Notes: generated from the letters alone by a model not told the origin. A stretch of 64,000 nt of DNA from an uncultured Nitrospiraceae bacterium (GCA_963727775.1 CAVSHB010000003.1:128001-192000), one strand, 5' to 3'. Numbered from the stretch's first letter, positions 10,901-20,780 are shown. Translations and numbers: made by a program.

Positions 10901-11983
10901 CTTGCCGGTTGCATGGACATCCCGTATTCTTCCGCCGGTCCCTGTCTCTGCACCTGGAAACGGCGCAACACCGGTAGGGAAGTTGTGTGTTTCCGCCGTA
11001 AAGATAAGGTGATAATTGAGTTTTGAATTTCTAAAGCGTGAAGGTCTGCCGGATTGTTCCGGTACTATCGCCGATATTTTATAGCCCTTTATCGCGCTTG
11101 AGTTGTCCTTGAAGGCAAGGAGGCTGTTATTAAGATTGCTTTTAAGAGGCTGTTTAATCAAATCCATGAGTGTATAAGTCATCTCCATACCATCAATGAC
11201 CAATCTTCCCCTGAAAAACCAGTGGCGCGAGTGCTCGCTGTTTGATTGGCCGAGGTCAAAACACTCTACATTGGTAGGATTACGTCCTATATCATGTATG
11301 AAGAGTTTGTAATAGTAATCTATGTCCCAATCATCAAGGCCAAGCCCCATTTCAGTATTTATCTTCCTGAGCGCATCTTTGCCGTGTTCGATCAACGGCA
11401 CTATATAAACCGGCTCGGGTTTTATTCCTGTCTCAAAGCCGGTGAGCTCGGCAGGATAAAGACACTCCGTCATCCTGTCGTGAACGAGCTCGAGAAAGGG
11501 TCCCAGTATTCGAGGGTCCGAGGGTCCAAATCGATTATCTATTCCCTGACCCCCTGACTTATTGATGCCCTCATTGAATATCAGTTCATACCTTCGCGAC
11601 CTCTCTATCCTCGTAATCTTCGTGAGGCCGCAGGCATAACATACAGAAACTGCATTCGTCGACCATGCAGTGGTAAAGTTCATGCGTGGACCGACTTCGA
11701 CGACTATTCCGTTGGTCCCATCATTCGTAAGGGGGGACGTAGAGTGGGTATTGTTCAGGAAGCTTTTATCCGAAAAATTCTCCGGGTCGAATGTCTCTGC
11801 CAGGAGCCATCGGAGGAGCCCCAGTTCATCATCGGTGAGCGTTTCTTTGGCCTGAATATTGAAACAGTATTCTGTTTCAATATCGCTGATATTGGGAGAT
11901 ATCTTCTGCCGGGCTGCGGACAGCAGCTCGTTCTTCCCGGCTTGTGAAAGTGCCGGTTTTCGAAAAAGATGCAATAAGCTCAT
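7943..11983 (-). CDS. purL: Phosphoribosylformylglycinamidine synthase, large single-chain form
   Basis: NSEHSRH, AETHNFPT, HDQGAGG, GGKDSLSM, GVCNGCQ, MPHPER; 1346 aa. Confidence 0.98.
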   Translation of the reverse strand: MSLLHLFRKPALSQAGKNELLSAARQKISPNISDIETEYCFNIQAKETLTDDELGLLRWLLAETFDPENFSDKSFLNNTHSTSPLTNDGTNGIVVEVGPRMNFTTAWSTNAVSVCYACGLTKITRIERSRRYELIFNEGINKSGGQGIDNRFGPSDPRILGPFLELVHDRMTECLYPAELTGFETGIKPEPVYIVPLIEHGKDALRKINTEMGLGLDDWDIDYYYKLFIHDIGRNPTNVECFDLGQSNSEHSRHWFFRGRLVIDGMEMTYTLMDLIKQPLKSNLNNSLLAFKDNSSAIKGYKISAIVPEQSGRPSRFRNSKLNYHLIFTAETHNFPTGVAPFPGAETGTGGRIRDVHATGKGSLVVAGTAAYCVGNLQIPGYVLPWEDLSFEYPSNLASPLQIEIEASNGASDYGNKFGEPVIQGFTRSFGLRLPYGERREWIKPIMFTGGIGQINGGHIEKGEPRKGMLVVKIGGPAYRIGIGGGSASSMIQGENIAELDFSAVQRGDAEMEQKVNRVIRACVEMGNKNPIISIHDQGAGGNCNVVKEIIYPAGAKIEIRSIQLGDDTLSVLEIWGAEYQELDALLLKPEKKEAFLTLCRREKVPCSFIGEITGAGYIVLHDETDGSSPVNLDLSKVLGEMPQKTFTIERIKPELELLRMPEDISSREALDKVLRLVSVGSKRFLTNKVDRSVTGLIAQQQCVGPLQLTLSDVAVISQSHFGLTGAAIAVGEQPIKGLISPQAMARMSVGEAITNLMWAKVSALEDIKCSGNWMWAAKLPGEGARLHDAATALRDVLIELGIAIDGGKDSLSMAAKVVGPSGKTEIVKAPGSLVISAYVTCPDITKVISPDIKRPGESRLIYIDLGNGRYRLGGTALAHVYGQIGNESPDIEDSNLLKKTFNCVQKFISKNIILSGHDRSDGGLIVTLLEMAFGGNCGIEINIDATLPSQPPLGKEGGTGGILELSLLFSEELGLVIEYLPENEKRITNYLKKNDIPYQVIGNTTVEKEIAININGRSVLEEDMRVLRAIWEKTSYHLDRLQANPDCVDEENNVSLDRKGPEYSVSFSPETTHRAFLKTDRKPRVAVLREEGSNGDREMISAFYHAGFEVWDITMTDLIEKNTDLDSFRGIAFVGGFSYADVLDSAKGWAGVIRFNKRIYEQFLKFYERPDTFSFGVCNGCQLMALLGWIPWKGLTDNIQPRFIQNRSGRFESRFSTVHIVKSPSIMLKGMEGSTLGIWVAHGEGRLHFPKKDILMEVLEKNLAPIRFVDDNSKFTEVYPFNPNGSPSGITALCSPDGRHFAMMPHPERTFLKWQWAYMPEKWKNTLKASPWLRLFQNAKEWCEV
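9098..9142. repeat. GC-rich palindrome inserted in frame in purL (encodes LPSQPPLGKEGGTGG)
   Basis: cctccc-gt-cccccc-ttccttaccaa-gggggg-gct-gggagg hairpin. Confidence 0.7.
11497..11572. repeat. Octamer-unit repeat inserted in frame in purL
   Basis: agggtccc agtattcg agggtccg agggtcca ... ccctgacc ccctgact; same unit type as 3660-3739. Confidence 0.55.
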
Positions 11984-12022
11984 TTGAGTCTTATTTTAAC
12001 AGAAACGGAAGGGCAGGGTGGT

Positions 12023-13324
12023 TCATGAAGATGACCCGAATACTCTCTCGAAAATGTAATCTGTATTTTTCAGATAATACCCGAGGTCAAAAATAGTATC
12101 GATCTCTTTTGATGTCAGATATCTTTTTACTCCTTTGTCCTTTAATAATAATTTTTTGAACTGTGTCTCTGTCTTCCAGCTTTTCATCGCAGTCCTCTGG
12201 ACTATATCGTACGCGGCTTCACGTGTGAGCCCCTTATCGATAAGGCCGAGCATAACGCGCTGAGAATTATAGAGTCCGTAACTTTTGGTCATATTGGCTT
12301 TCATCCTTTTCGGATAAACATGAAGCTTGTCAAGAATTCCTTTGAGCCTTCCAAGCATATAATCCGTCAGTATGGAGCTGTCGGGAATTATTACCCGCTC
12401 AACGGAAGAATGCGATATGTCCCTTTCATGCCATAGCGCAACATCTTCAAGAGCTGCCATGGCGTTCGATCGTACAAGCCGCGCCAGACCGGAAAGGTTC
12501 TCACAGCCGATAGGATTTCTTTTATGCGGCATAGCGGATGATCCCTTCTGTCCCGCCATGAACGGCTCTTCGGCCTCAAGGACTTCGGACCTCTGCAGAT
12601 GCCTTATTTCAACAGCTATCTTTTCTACGGAGGCTGCAATCAGCGCAAGGCTTGTAAGATATTCGGCATGTCTGTCTCTCTGGACTATCTGCGTCGCAAC
12701 CGGTTCAGGCTTAAGTCCGAGTTTTTTGCAGACCTTCTCCTCGATAGCGGGCGGGATATTTGAGAAGGTGCCCACAGCGCCTGAAAGCTTGCCTATGCTT
12801 ATTATTTCTTTGGCCCTTTTCATCCGCACAAGATTTCTTTTCATATCCTCATACCAAAGGGCAAACTTGAGCCCGAAGGTCATCGGCTCTGCATGAACGC
12901 CGTGACTTCTGCCTATCATCGGGGTATCTTTATATTTGAATGCCTGTTTTCTTATGACATCCATCAACGCTTTAATATCTCTAATGATAATATCAGAGGC
13001 CTCGCGCATAAGGAGGGCCAGCGCCGTATCCAGGATATCTGATGAGGTCAGCCCCTTATGGATAAACCTCGACTCGGGACCGAGGTTCTGCGCAACTGAA
13101 GTAAGGAATGCGATTACATCATGTTTTACAACCTTTTCAATTTCATCGATCCTTTTAATATCGAAGCTGGCTTTTTCCTTAATGAGTCTTAATGAGTCCT
13201 GCGGGATCTCGCCGAGCTCTGTCCACGCCTCGCATGCTGCAATCTCGACGTCAAGCCATTTCTGATATTTGTTTTCAAGGTCCCATAACCTTCCCATTTC
13301 AGGGTATGTATAACGTTGTATCAT
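12023..13324 (-). CDS. purB: Adenylosuccinate lyase
   Basis: HDVIAF, GRSHGVHAEP, GSSAMPHKRNP. Confidence 0.98.
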   Translation of the reverse strand: MIQRYTYPEMGRLWDLENKYQKWLDVEIAACEAWTELGEIPQDSLRLIKEKASFDIKRIDEIEKVVKHDVIAFLTSVAQNLGPESRFIHKGLTSSDILDTALALLMREASDIIIRDIKALMDVIRKQAFKYKDTPMIGRSHGVHAEPMTFGLKFALWYEDMKRNLVRMKRAKEIISIGKLSGAVGTFSNIPPAIEEKVCKKLGLKPEPVATQIVQRDRHAEYLTSLALIAASVEKIAVEIRHLQRSEVLEAEEPFMAGQKGSSAMPHKRNPIGCENLSGLARLVRSNAMAALEDVALWHERDISHSSVERVIIPDSSILTDYMLGRLKGILDKLHVYPKRMKANMTKSYGLYNSQRVMLGLIDKGLTREAAYDIVQRTAMKSWKTETQFKKLLLKDKGVKRYLTSKEIDTIFDLGYYLKNTDYIFERVFGSSS

Positions 13325-13583
13325 ATTTCCCCCTAAAAAATTCTAATATCTAAAATGCCGGAAGAGCAAATCTTTTGCGATTAATTCCCCCTTTATTAAG
13401 GGGAAAGGTTATCCATTTTAACACCTTATACCCTTGCAAAAAAAGATATTTTTGTGTTAACCTTTCCTTCCTAAAGGAAAATTCCGTATTTTCTATGCGG
13501 ACATGCGCTTTTTCAATTAATTTGTACAGAAAAACCCCTAAATCAGAAAAAGGGGTTTTGAAAGGACAGGAGGAAAAAAGAAA

Positions 13584-14345
13584 ATGGTAACGGCAATGAA
13601 AGAACTGCTTGAGGCAGGTGTACACTTTGGTCATCAGGTAAAAAGATGGCATCCGAAGATGAAGAAGTATATCTTTGGAGAGAGAAACGGGATCTATATA
13701 ATCGATCTTCAGAAGACGGTTAAAGGTCTTGAGGTGGCCTATGATTTTGTAAAGAATCTCTCCATAGCGGGAACTCCGATATTGTTTGTCGGCACTAAGA
13801 AACAATCACAGGACGCAATCAAAGAAGAGGCCGAAAGATCGGGTGCGTTCTATGTTAACCAGCGCTGGCTCGGAGGAATGCTGACGAACTTTTCAACGAT
13901 AAAGAAAAGTATAGAAAAACTGAAAAAGATAGAGACGATGAAAGAGGACGGTACTTTCGATCTGCTCCCCAAAAAAGAGGTGGCAGCTCTCGAGAAGGAA
14001 AGAGGGAAACTTGAAAAAAACCTCTCCGGCATCAAGAATATGACCGGTTTTCCGGGCGCCCTGTTTATTGTGGACCCGAAAAAGGAGAGGATCGCTGTGG
14101 CAGAGGCAAAGAAACTCTCGGTCCCGATTGTTGCGATCGTCGACACAAACTGTGACCCGGATGAAATCGATTATGTAATCCCCGGCAACGACGATGCCAT
14201 AAGGGCAATTAAACTTATTACCTCAAAAATCGCCGAGGCCATAATGGAAGGGAAAGAGACGTTATCAAAGACTATGGCGGAAAAGACCGAGAAGACCGAG
14301 GTCGAAGAAAAGATACAGCAGGAGGAGGCAGAGGCATCAAAATGA
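13584..14345 (+). CDS. rpsB: 30S ribosomal protein S2
   Basis: [30 protein letters not shown]. Confidence 0.99.
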   Translation: MVTAMKELLEAGVHFGHQVKRWHPKMKKYIFGERNGIYIIDLQKTVKGLEVAYDFVKNLSIAGTPILFVGTKKQSQDAIKEEAERSGAFYVNQRWLGGMLTNFSTIKKSIEKLKKIETMKEDGTFDLLPKKEVAALEKERGKLEKNLSGIKNMTGFPGALFIVDPKKERIAVAEAKKLSVPIVAIVDTNCDPDEIDYVIPGNDDAIRAIKLITSKIAEAIMEGKETLSKTMAEKTEKTEVEEKIQQEEAEASK

Positions 14346-14947
14346 CGACAATTTCAGCAGAATCAGTCAAGAATCTCCGGGAAAAAACGGGCGCCGGCAT
14401 GATGGAGTGCAAAAAAGCATTGACTGAAAGCAGCGGAGATTTTGAAAAGGCAGTCGACCTATTGAGACAAAAGGGGCTTGCCAGCGCACATAAGAAATCC
14501 GGAAGGACGGCGTCCGAAGGCCTCATTGATTCATATATTCATATGGGCAAGATCGGAACGATGGTTGAAGTGAACTGCGAAACGGACTTCGTAGCAAGAA
14601 CCGATGATTTCAAAGAACTCCTTAAGGATATTTCAATGCATATTGCGGCTGCAAATCCTACTTATCTTTCAAGGGAGGACGTGCCCCAGAATGTAATTGA
14701 ACGTGAAAAGGAGATATACAAGGCACAGGTTTCAGGCAAACCTCCGCAGGTAGTTGAAAAGATCATAGAGGGAAAGCTCGAAAAGTTTTATTCGGATGTC
14801 TGTCTGCTCGACCAGGTATTCATTAAGGACCCGGACCAGAAAAAGAAGATAAAAGGCCTTGTCACCGAGAAGATTGCAAAACTGGGCAAGAATATCGTCA
14901 TAAGAAGGTTTGCGAGGTTTCAGCTCGGAGAAGCCGCAACAGGATAA
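14342..14947 (+). CDS. tsf: Elongation factor Ts (short form)
   Basis: [26 protein letters not shown]. Confidence 0.98.
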   Translation: MTTISAESVKNLREKTGAGMMECKKALTESSGDFEKAVDLLRQKGLASAHKKSGRTASEGLIDSYIHMGKIGTMVEVNCETDFVARTDDFKELLKDISMHIAAANPTYLSREDVPQNVIEREKEIYKAQVSGKPPQVVEKIIEGKLEKFYSDVCLLDQVFIKDPDQKKKIKGLVTEKIAKLGKNIVIRRFARFQLGEAATG

Positions 14948-16217
<1,270 letters not shown>

Positions 16218-16370
16218 ATGACGAACAGCAATTTTATCGTGAAGGTAACAGATGCAAAACTTGCAGACCTTCAAAAGGCGTTGCAGGCTGCGGATATTAA
16301 GGTAAGGAGTATTATTCAGGTCTTTAAAGAAGAGGTAAAATCACAAGAAGAGGAAAAGGAAACAAAGTAA
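16218..16370 (+). CDS. Small hypothetical protein, 50 aa
   Basis: MTNSNFIVKVTDAKLADLQKALQAADIKVRSIIQVFKEEVKSQEEEKETK; begins right after the frr stop and its TAA overlaps the dksA ATG. Confidence 0.65.
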   Translation: MTNSNFIVKVTDAKLADLQKALQAADIKVRSIIQVFKEEVKSQEEEKETK

Positions 16371-17056
16371 TGGCAAACAAGAAAACGAAAAAGAAAATAG
16401 GCAAGTCCGTTAAGACAGGCGTAAAAGCCACTGTGAAAAAGGGCGTAAAAGCCAGACCGAAAGCGTCTGAAAAATCCAAAAAAGCTTCCCCAAAAACTTC
16501 TTCTAAAAAAGCTTCTCTTAAGACTAAAACAATAACGTCCAAAACTAAGAAAGCAATAATAAAAAAACCGGTAACAAAAAAGACTATCGCTAAAAAAGTC
16601 TCTTTAAAAACTCCTGCTAAAACAAAGATACCTCATCCTGTGGTGAAGAAACCTTCTGAAGAAAAATCCATGGACGAAAAAATGATTGAACTCAGAAGGG
16701 CCTTAGTCAGGAAACGCGAAGAAATCGTAAAAGAGGTAAAGAGCGAAATATCAAAATATATAAAGGGTGAAACAAGGCAGCTTGTGGATACAGCCCTTGA
16801 TGACGGGGATTGGTCGGTCGTCGATCTATCGGAGGACATAAGCCTCAGACACCTGAGTACCCACAGGGAAAACCTCCTCAAGATGGATGAGGCCTTAAGG
16901 AAACTTGAAGAGGGAACTTATAGTATTTGCGAGGACTGCGGAGAACCGATAGGCACGGAGAGGCTCAAGATACTTCCGTTTGCGATTTATTGTATAGATT
17001 GCCAGGAAAGAAGAGAACAGCTCGAGGCAATGGAGAGGAAAGAAGGAATAGGCTAA
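16370..17056 (+). CDS. dksA: TraR/DksA C4-type zinc-finger protein with Lys-rich N-terminal extension
   Basis: DxxD tip (LDDGDWS), ALRKLEEGTYSICEDCGEPIGTERLKILPFAIYCIDC. Confidence 0.85.
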   Translation: MANKKTKKKIGKSVKTGVKATVKKGVKARPKASEKSKKASPKTSSKKASLKTKTITSKTKKAIIKKPVTKKTIAKKVSLKTPAKTKIPHPVVKKPSEEKSMDEKMIELRRALVRKREEIVKEVKSEISKYIKGETRQLVDTALDDGDWSVVDLSEDISLRHLSTHRENLLKMDEALRKLEEGTYSICEDCGEPIGTERLKILPFAIYCIDCQERREQLEAMERKEGIG

Positions 17057-18033
17057 CTGCTTATTTCCCCGTTAATCTTCGGAGCGCACTTTTTGTATAC
17101 TTCATCCAGTATTTCTTTCCCACCTTTAGAGAGAATCTCATCCGCCAGTTGAACGCCGAGGGGTTCTGCGTTCTCCGGCATTCCTTCAATATGACCTTTT
17201 ATAATTTTATCTCCTGAAATACTTCCAACTAATCCGTCCATACTGACCTTACCGTGAATCAGTCTCGCGTGCGCTGCGATAGGCACCTGGCAGCCGCCTT
17301 CCAGGCGCAGCAAGAAAGCCCTTTCAGCTTTGACGCATATTGATGTTTCTGAATGGTCCAGATGGGAAATAAGGCCATGAATAAATTCATCATCAATTCT
17401 GCATTCGATCCCTATAGCGCCCTGGCCAATGGCGGGAAGGCTTCTTTCAAAGGGCAGGATCTCAGTTATTCTATTCTGCAGCCCGAGTCTTTTCACACCG
17501 GCAGCAGCCAGGATTATGGCTTCGAACTGACCCTCATCCAGTTTTCTCAGTCTCGTATCGAGGTTGCCCCGTAACTGTTTAATCTTTAAATCAGGCCGGA
17601 TGCTGAGCAACTGACATGACCGTCTGAGACTGCTCGTCCCTATTGTCGCGCCTTTGGGCAGGCTTTTAAAGTTTTGGACCTTGAACTTTGAACTTTGAAC
17701 TTGAGAAATGAACGCGTCTCTCGGGTCTTCTCTTTCGCAGATCACCGCGAGTTGGAGCTCTTCGGGAAATTCCGTCGGCACGTCCTTCATGCTGTGGACA
17801 GCGATATCCGCCTCACGCCTCAACAGGGCCTCTTCTATCTCCTTAACAAAAAGGCCTTTGCCTCCAATTTGCGCAAGAGGCACATCGAGGATCTTATCGC
17901 CCGTGGTTTTAATCTTGTTTAATTCAATCTCCAGATCAGGGTAACGGCTTTTCAACTCGGCTTTGATCCATTCGGCCTGCCATAGCGCGAGTTTGCTTCC
18001 CCTTGTGCCGATGGATATTTTACGTCTCTTCAT
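17053..18033 (-). CDS. hemC: Hydroxymethylbilane synthase
   Basis: IGTRGSKLALWQ, AVHSMKD, GTSSLRR, LEGGCQVP; start taken at MKRRK. Confidence 0.97.
   Translation of the reverse strand: MKRRKISIGTRGSKLALWQAEWIKAELKSRYPDLEIELNKIKTTGDKILDVPLAQIGGKGLFVKEIEEALLRREADIAVHSMKDVPTEFPEELQLAVICEREDPRDAFISQVQSSKFKVQNFKSLPKGATIGTSSLRRSCQLLSIRPDLKIKQLRGNLDTRLRKLDEGQFEAIILAAAGVKRLGLQNRITEILPFERSLPAIGQGAIGIECRIDDEFIHGLISHLDHSETSICVKAERAFLLRLEGGCQVPIAAHARLIHGKVSMDGLVGSISGDKIIKGHIEGMPENAEPLGVQLADEILSKGGKEILDEVYKKCAPKINGEISS
17673..17704. repeat. Heptamer tandem repeat (TTTGAAC) in frame in hemC
   Basis: tttggac cttgaac tttgaac tttgaac ttga, encoding QVQSSKFKVQ. Confidence 0.7.
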
Positions 18034-19297
18034 TATTTTCTCCGTCAAGGCCATAGAGTCTTTTTATCGTCGCGACCAGAATGTCTTTGTTCTCAGAATC
18101 TTCTTTGAGGGCCGCGGTCGGCGGGTGTATGAGTTTGTTGACCAGAGCAGTAGCCATATATTCGATGGCCTCTTTCTCCTTTTGTCCTATACCCTCGATC
18201 TTGTGCAGGAGTTTGTTAAGCTCTTCTTTTTTGATCTCCTCTGCCTTCTCCCTTAATGCCAGAATGGTCGGGACAGAGTCGAGGGAAGCCCGCCATTTGA
18301 CAAAGTTCTCCAGCTCTTCTTCGATTATTTTTTCAGCTTTTTCCGCTTCTTTCCGCCTCTCAAACACATTTGTATCGACCACTCCCTGAAGATCGTCGAC
18401 ATTATACAGATAAACATTCTCAAGGTCGTTTATCTCCGGATCGATGTTTCTCGGTACCGATATATCGATAATGAATACCTGCCTGTGCTTTCTCTCCTTC
18501 ATCACTTTCTGCATCTGGACTTTTGAGAGGACATAATTCGGCGCCCCGGTTGAACAGATGACAATGTCGGTACGCGCCATCTCCCGGATAAAGTCATCAA
18601 ACGGGACGGGTCTTCCGTTAAATTCCTTTGCCAGATCACAGGCGCGATTGTATGTCCTGTTCGATACAAGGACTTCCTTCACCCCGCTGCTGATCAGGTG
18701 CTTGGCGGCAAGTTCGGCCATCTCACCCGCCCCCAAAAGCATGAATACCCTTTTTGAGAGATCGGTAAATATCTTCTTTGCGAGTTCAACAGCCGCAAAG
18801 CTTATGGAGACGGCATTCTCCGCAATCCTTGTTTCAGTCCTCACCCTCTTTGCTACCGATATCGCTTTTTTCAGCAGCTTGTTCAGGAGGACGCCGGTGG
18901 TCTTTTTCGATAGGGCCAATTCGAATGCAGCCTTCAACTGACCGAGGATCTGGGGTTCACCGACTACCATTGAGTCAAGGCTCGAGGCGACCCTGAAGAT
19001 ATGTTTCACTGCCTGCATATCGTCATAAATATAGAGGGCGTTATCCAGCGAGCTTTTGTTTATGCTGTGAAACTCCGAAAGGAATGTCCTGACGGCTTCA
19101 GACGCCTTTTCCGCGTCCCTGACGTTCGCGTAAAGCTCCACGCGGTTGCACGTGGAAAGTATGATGGCCTCGTCAACCTCTGGAAGCTCTCTGAACCGTG
19201 TGAGGCCCTCTTCGAGTTTAGGCCCGTTGAATGCCAGTTTCTCCCTGACATCTACATCGGCAATCTTGTGATTGAGTCCTACGACAAAAGCTTTCAT
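18020..19297 (-). CDS. hemA: Glutamyl-tRNA reductase
   Basis: VVGLNHK, LSTCNRVE, GEPQILGQ, GAGEMA; true start MKAFVV at 19297 overlaps the ccsA stop. Confidence 0.97.
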   Translation of the reverse strand: MKAFVVGLNHKIADVDVREKLAFNGPKLEEGLTRFRELPEVDEAIILSTCNRVELYANVRDAEKASEAVRTFLSEFHSINKSSLDNALYIYDDMQAVKHIFRVASSLDSMVVGEPQILGQLKAAFELALSKKTTGVLLNKLLKKAISVAKRVRTETRIAENAVSISFAAVELAKKIFTDLSKRVFMLLGAGEMAELAAKHLISSGVKEVLVSNRTYNRACDLAKEFNGRPVPFDDFIREMARTDIVICSTGAPNYVLSKVQMQKVMKERKHRQVFIIDISVPRNIDPEINDLENVYLYNVDDLQGVVDTNVFERRKEAEKAEKIIEEELENFVKWRASLDSVPTILALREKAEEIKKEELNKLLHKIEGIGQKEKEAIEYMATALVNKLIHPPTAALKEDSENKDILVATIKRLYGLDGENNEET

Positions 19298-20109
19298 AGG
19301 AAAACGTGAAGTCCTTTTTGAAGTATCTTGATCCCGAAAAAGGCGATGAGGATCGACAGAAAGCCGACTATGGATAATAATGCGGCCCTCTTGCCTCTCC
19401 ATCCGGCAACAAGCCTTGCATGAAGAATAATCGCGTAAATAAACCATGTCACCAATGACCACGTCTCTCTCGGGTCCCAGTTCCAGTAACTCCCCCAGGC
19501 GCTCTCCGCCCATAAGGCGCCTGTTATTATTGCAAGCGTAAGCAATGGAAACCCGAAGGTTATGAGCCTGTAATTTATTTCATCCAGAGTCTGCAGGCTC
19601 GGCAGCCTTTCAAACAGCCCGCCGAGATGTTTTGATTTCACATAGTGTTCCTGGACAAGGTACATGACGCCTATGCCGAAGGCCAGCGCAAACGCGGCAT
19701 TCCCGAGAAAGGCAAGGACGGTATGAATGCCGAGCCAGTAACTCTGGAGCACCGGACTTAAAGGTCTTATCTCTCTCGACAGCATTGATGATAAGAGCAT
19801 CAGGATAAAGACAAGCGGCATAATAAATGAGGAAAGGAGGTTGACCTTGTACCTGAATTGCAATATGAAAAAGATCAAGACTATACACCACGAGAAAAAC
19901 GACGTTGCTTCATGGGGGTTTGTTATGGGGATATGTCCCGCAGTCACATAGCGAAAAATGATATTTATGGTATGGACGGCAAAACCGAGGGCAGCCAGCG
20001 AAATCATGATCTTTGAAGTTATCTTCGATTCTTTAAAGAGTTCGGTAACGCTGACGACCGTCGCGGCAAAATAAAAGGTCAGGGCAAGTTCAAAAAGTAT
20101 CACTCCCAT
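19294..20109 (-). CDS. ccsA: Cytochrome c biogenesis protein CcsA/CcsB (HemX-like)
   Basis: GALWAESAWGSYWNWDPRETWS (WWD motif), multiple TM helices. Confidence 0.9.
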   Translation of the reverse strand: MGVILFELALTFYFAATVVSVTELFKESKITSKIMISLAALGFAVHTINIIFRYVTAGHIPITNPHEATSFFSWCIVLIFFILQFRYKVNLLSSFIMPLVFILMLLSSMLSREIRPLSPVLQSYWLGIHTVLAFLGNAAFALAFGIGVMYLVQEHYVKSKHLGGLFERLPSLQTLDEINYRLITFGFPLLTLAIITGALWAESAWGSYWNWDPRETWSLVTWFIYAIILHARLVAGWRGKRAALLSIVGFLSILIAFFGIKILQKGLHVFL

Positions 20110-20279
20110 CAGAAACAGCCAAGCTCACAGCTTATAATCTTAACGTTAAGCTCATCGGCAGTCCTGCCGATTTCTTTGTAGGAAACAGTGAGGTCTTGTG
20201 CGATCTTCCTTGCAACAGCGCAAGGCAACCTGTTGTTAACGGCCTTTTTCCGGATTTCTTCTTTTACTTTTTCTTTCAT
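20109..20279 (-). CDS. Small Cys-motif protein, 56 aa (C-terminal CELGCF)
   Basis: MKEKVKEEIRKKAVNNRLPCAVARKIAQDLTVSYKEIGRTADELNVKIISCELGCF; its TGA overlaps the ccsA ATG. Confidence 0.8.
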   Translation of the reverse strand: MKEKVKEEIRKKAVNNRLPCAVARKIAQDLTVSYKEIGRTADELNVKIISCELGCF

Positions 20280-20300
20280 TCTGCCTTTGGTTATTTTTGA

Positions 20301-20464
20301 TTATTCATGAAGTATATCTTAATAATGGCGGACACGGTATTTTCGCTCATTCTCTGGCTGTCGCCCTCCGAGGCAAATTCTGTTTCGATAAATCTTCACA
20401 GAATTTAAAACCGCGAAAATACCGTGTCCGCCATTATTGATTATCATCTTTATGAATAAAGTGG
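20301..20464 (+). repeat. T-shaped palindromic element, copy 2 (diverged)
   Basis: Stem AATAATGGCGGACACGGTATTTTCGC/GCGAAAATACCGTGTCCGCCATTATT; core GCTCATTCTC..CTCCGAGG..AAATTCT..AGAATTTAAAACCGC; ends TTATTCATGA/TTATGAATAA. Confidence 0.8.
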
Positions 20465-20501
20465 AATAAAGCGCTCAACCGCAGCGCCGTTCTCTATAAA
20501 A

Positions 20502-20530
20502 ATATTACAACATCGGCCTATAAAACTCAA
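20502..20530 (-). promoter_or_regulatory. Putative sigma70 promoter of the small ORF-ccsA-hemA-hemC operon
   Basis: Minus strand TTGAGT-17 nt-TAATAT. Confidence 0.45.
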
Positions 20531-20565
20531 TTGAACGAATATGCATAACGTTTCATTTCCAGATA

Positions 20566-20720
20566 TATTCATAAGATTGCCGGCAGATACAGTATTTAAG
20601 CGGCTTTAAATTCTTTCAAAGAAAGAAGTTACCTCGGAGGCCAGATTTGTACCGGGCCGAGAATGAGCGCAAATACTGTATCTGTCGGCACACGCAAATT
20701 TTATGAATAAAGTGGGTTAG
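20566..20720 (-). repeat. T-shaped palindromic element, copy 3 (core inverted relative to copies 1 and 2)
   Basis: Reverse complement aligns with 6101-6235 over about 130 nt with scattered substitutions. Confidence 0.85.
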
Positions 20721-20780
20721 GGCGCTTGCCGATCATGAGCCGGGTGATAAAAACAGCAGCAGATTGAGTTTATAAGCACG

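Noticed and set aside
19298..19513. N-terminal extension of hemA in the ORF track
   Set aside because: It lies inside ccsA; the conserved HemA sequence starts at 19297.
20301..20720. Repeat copies as integron attC sites
   Set aside because: No complementary RYYYAAC/GTTRRRY pair brackets the stems, there is no cassette ORF array or integrase, and the fold is branched.
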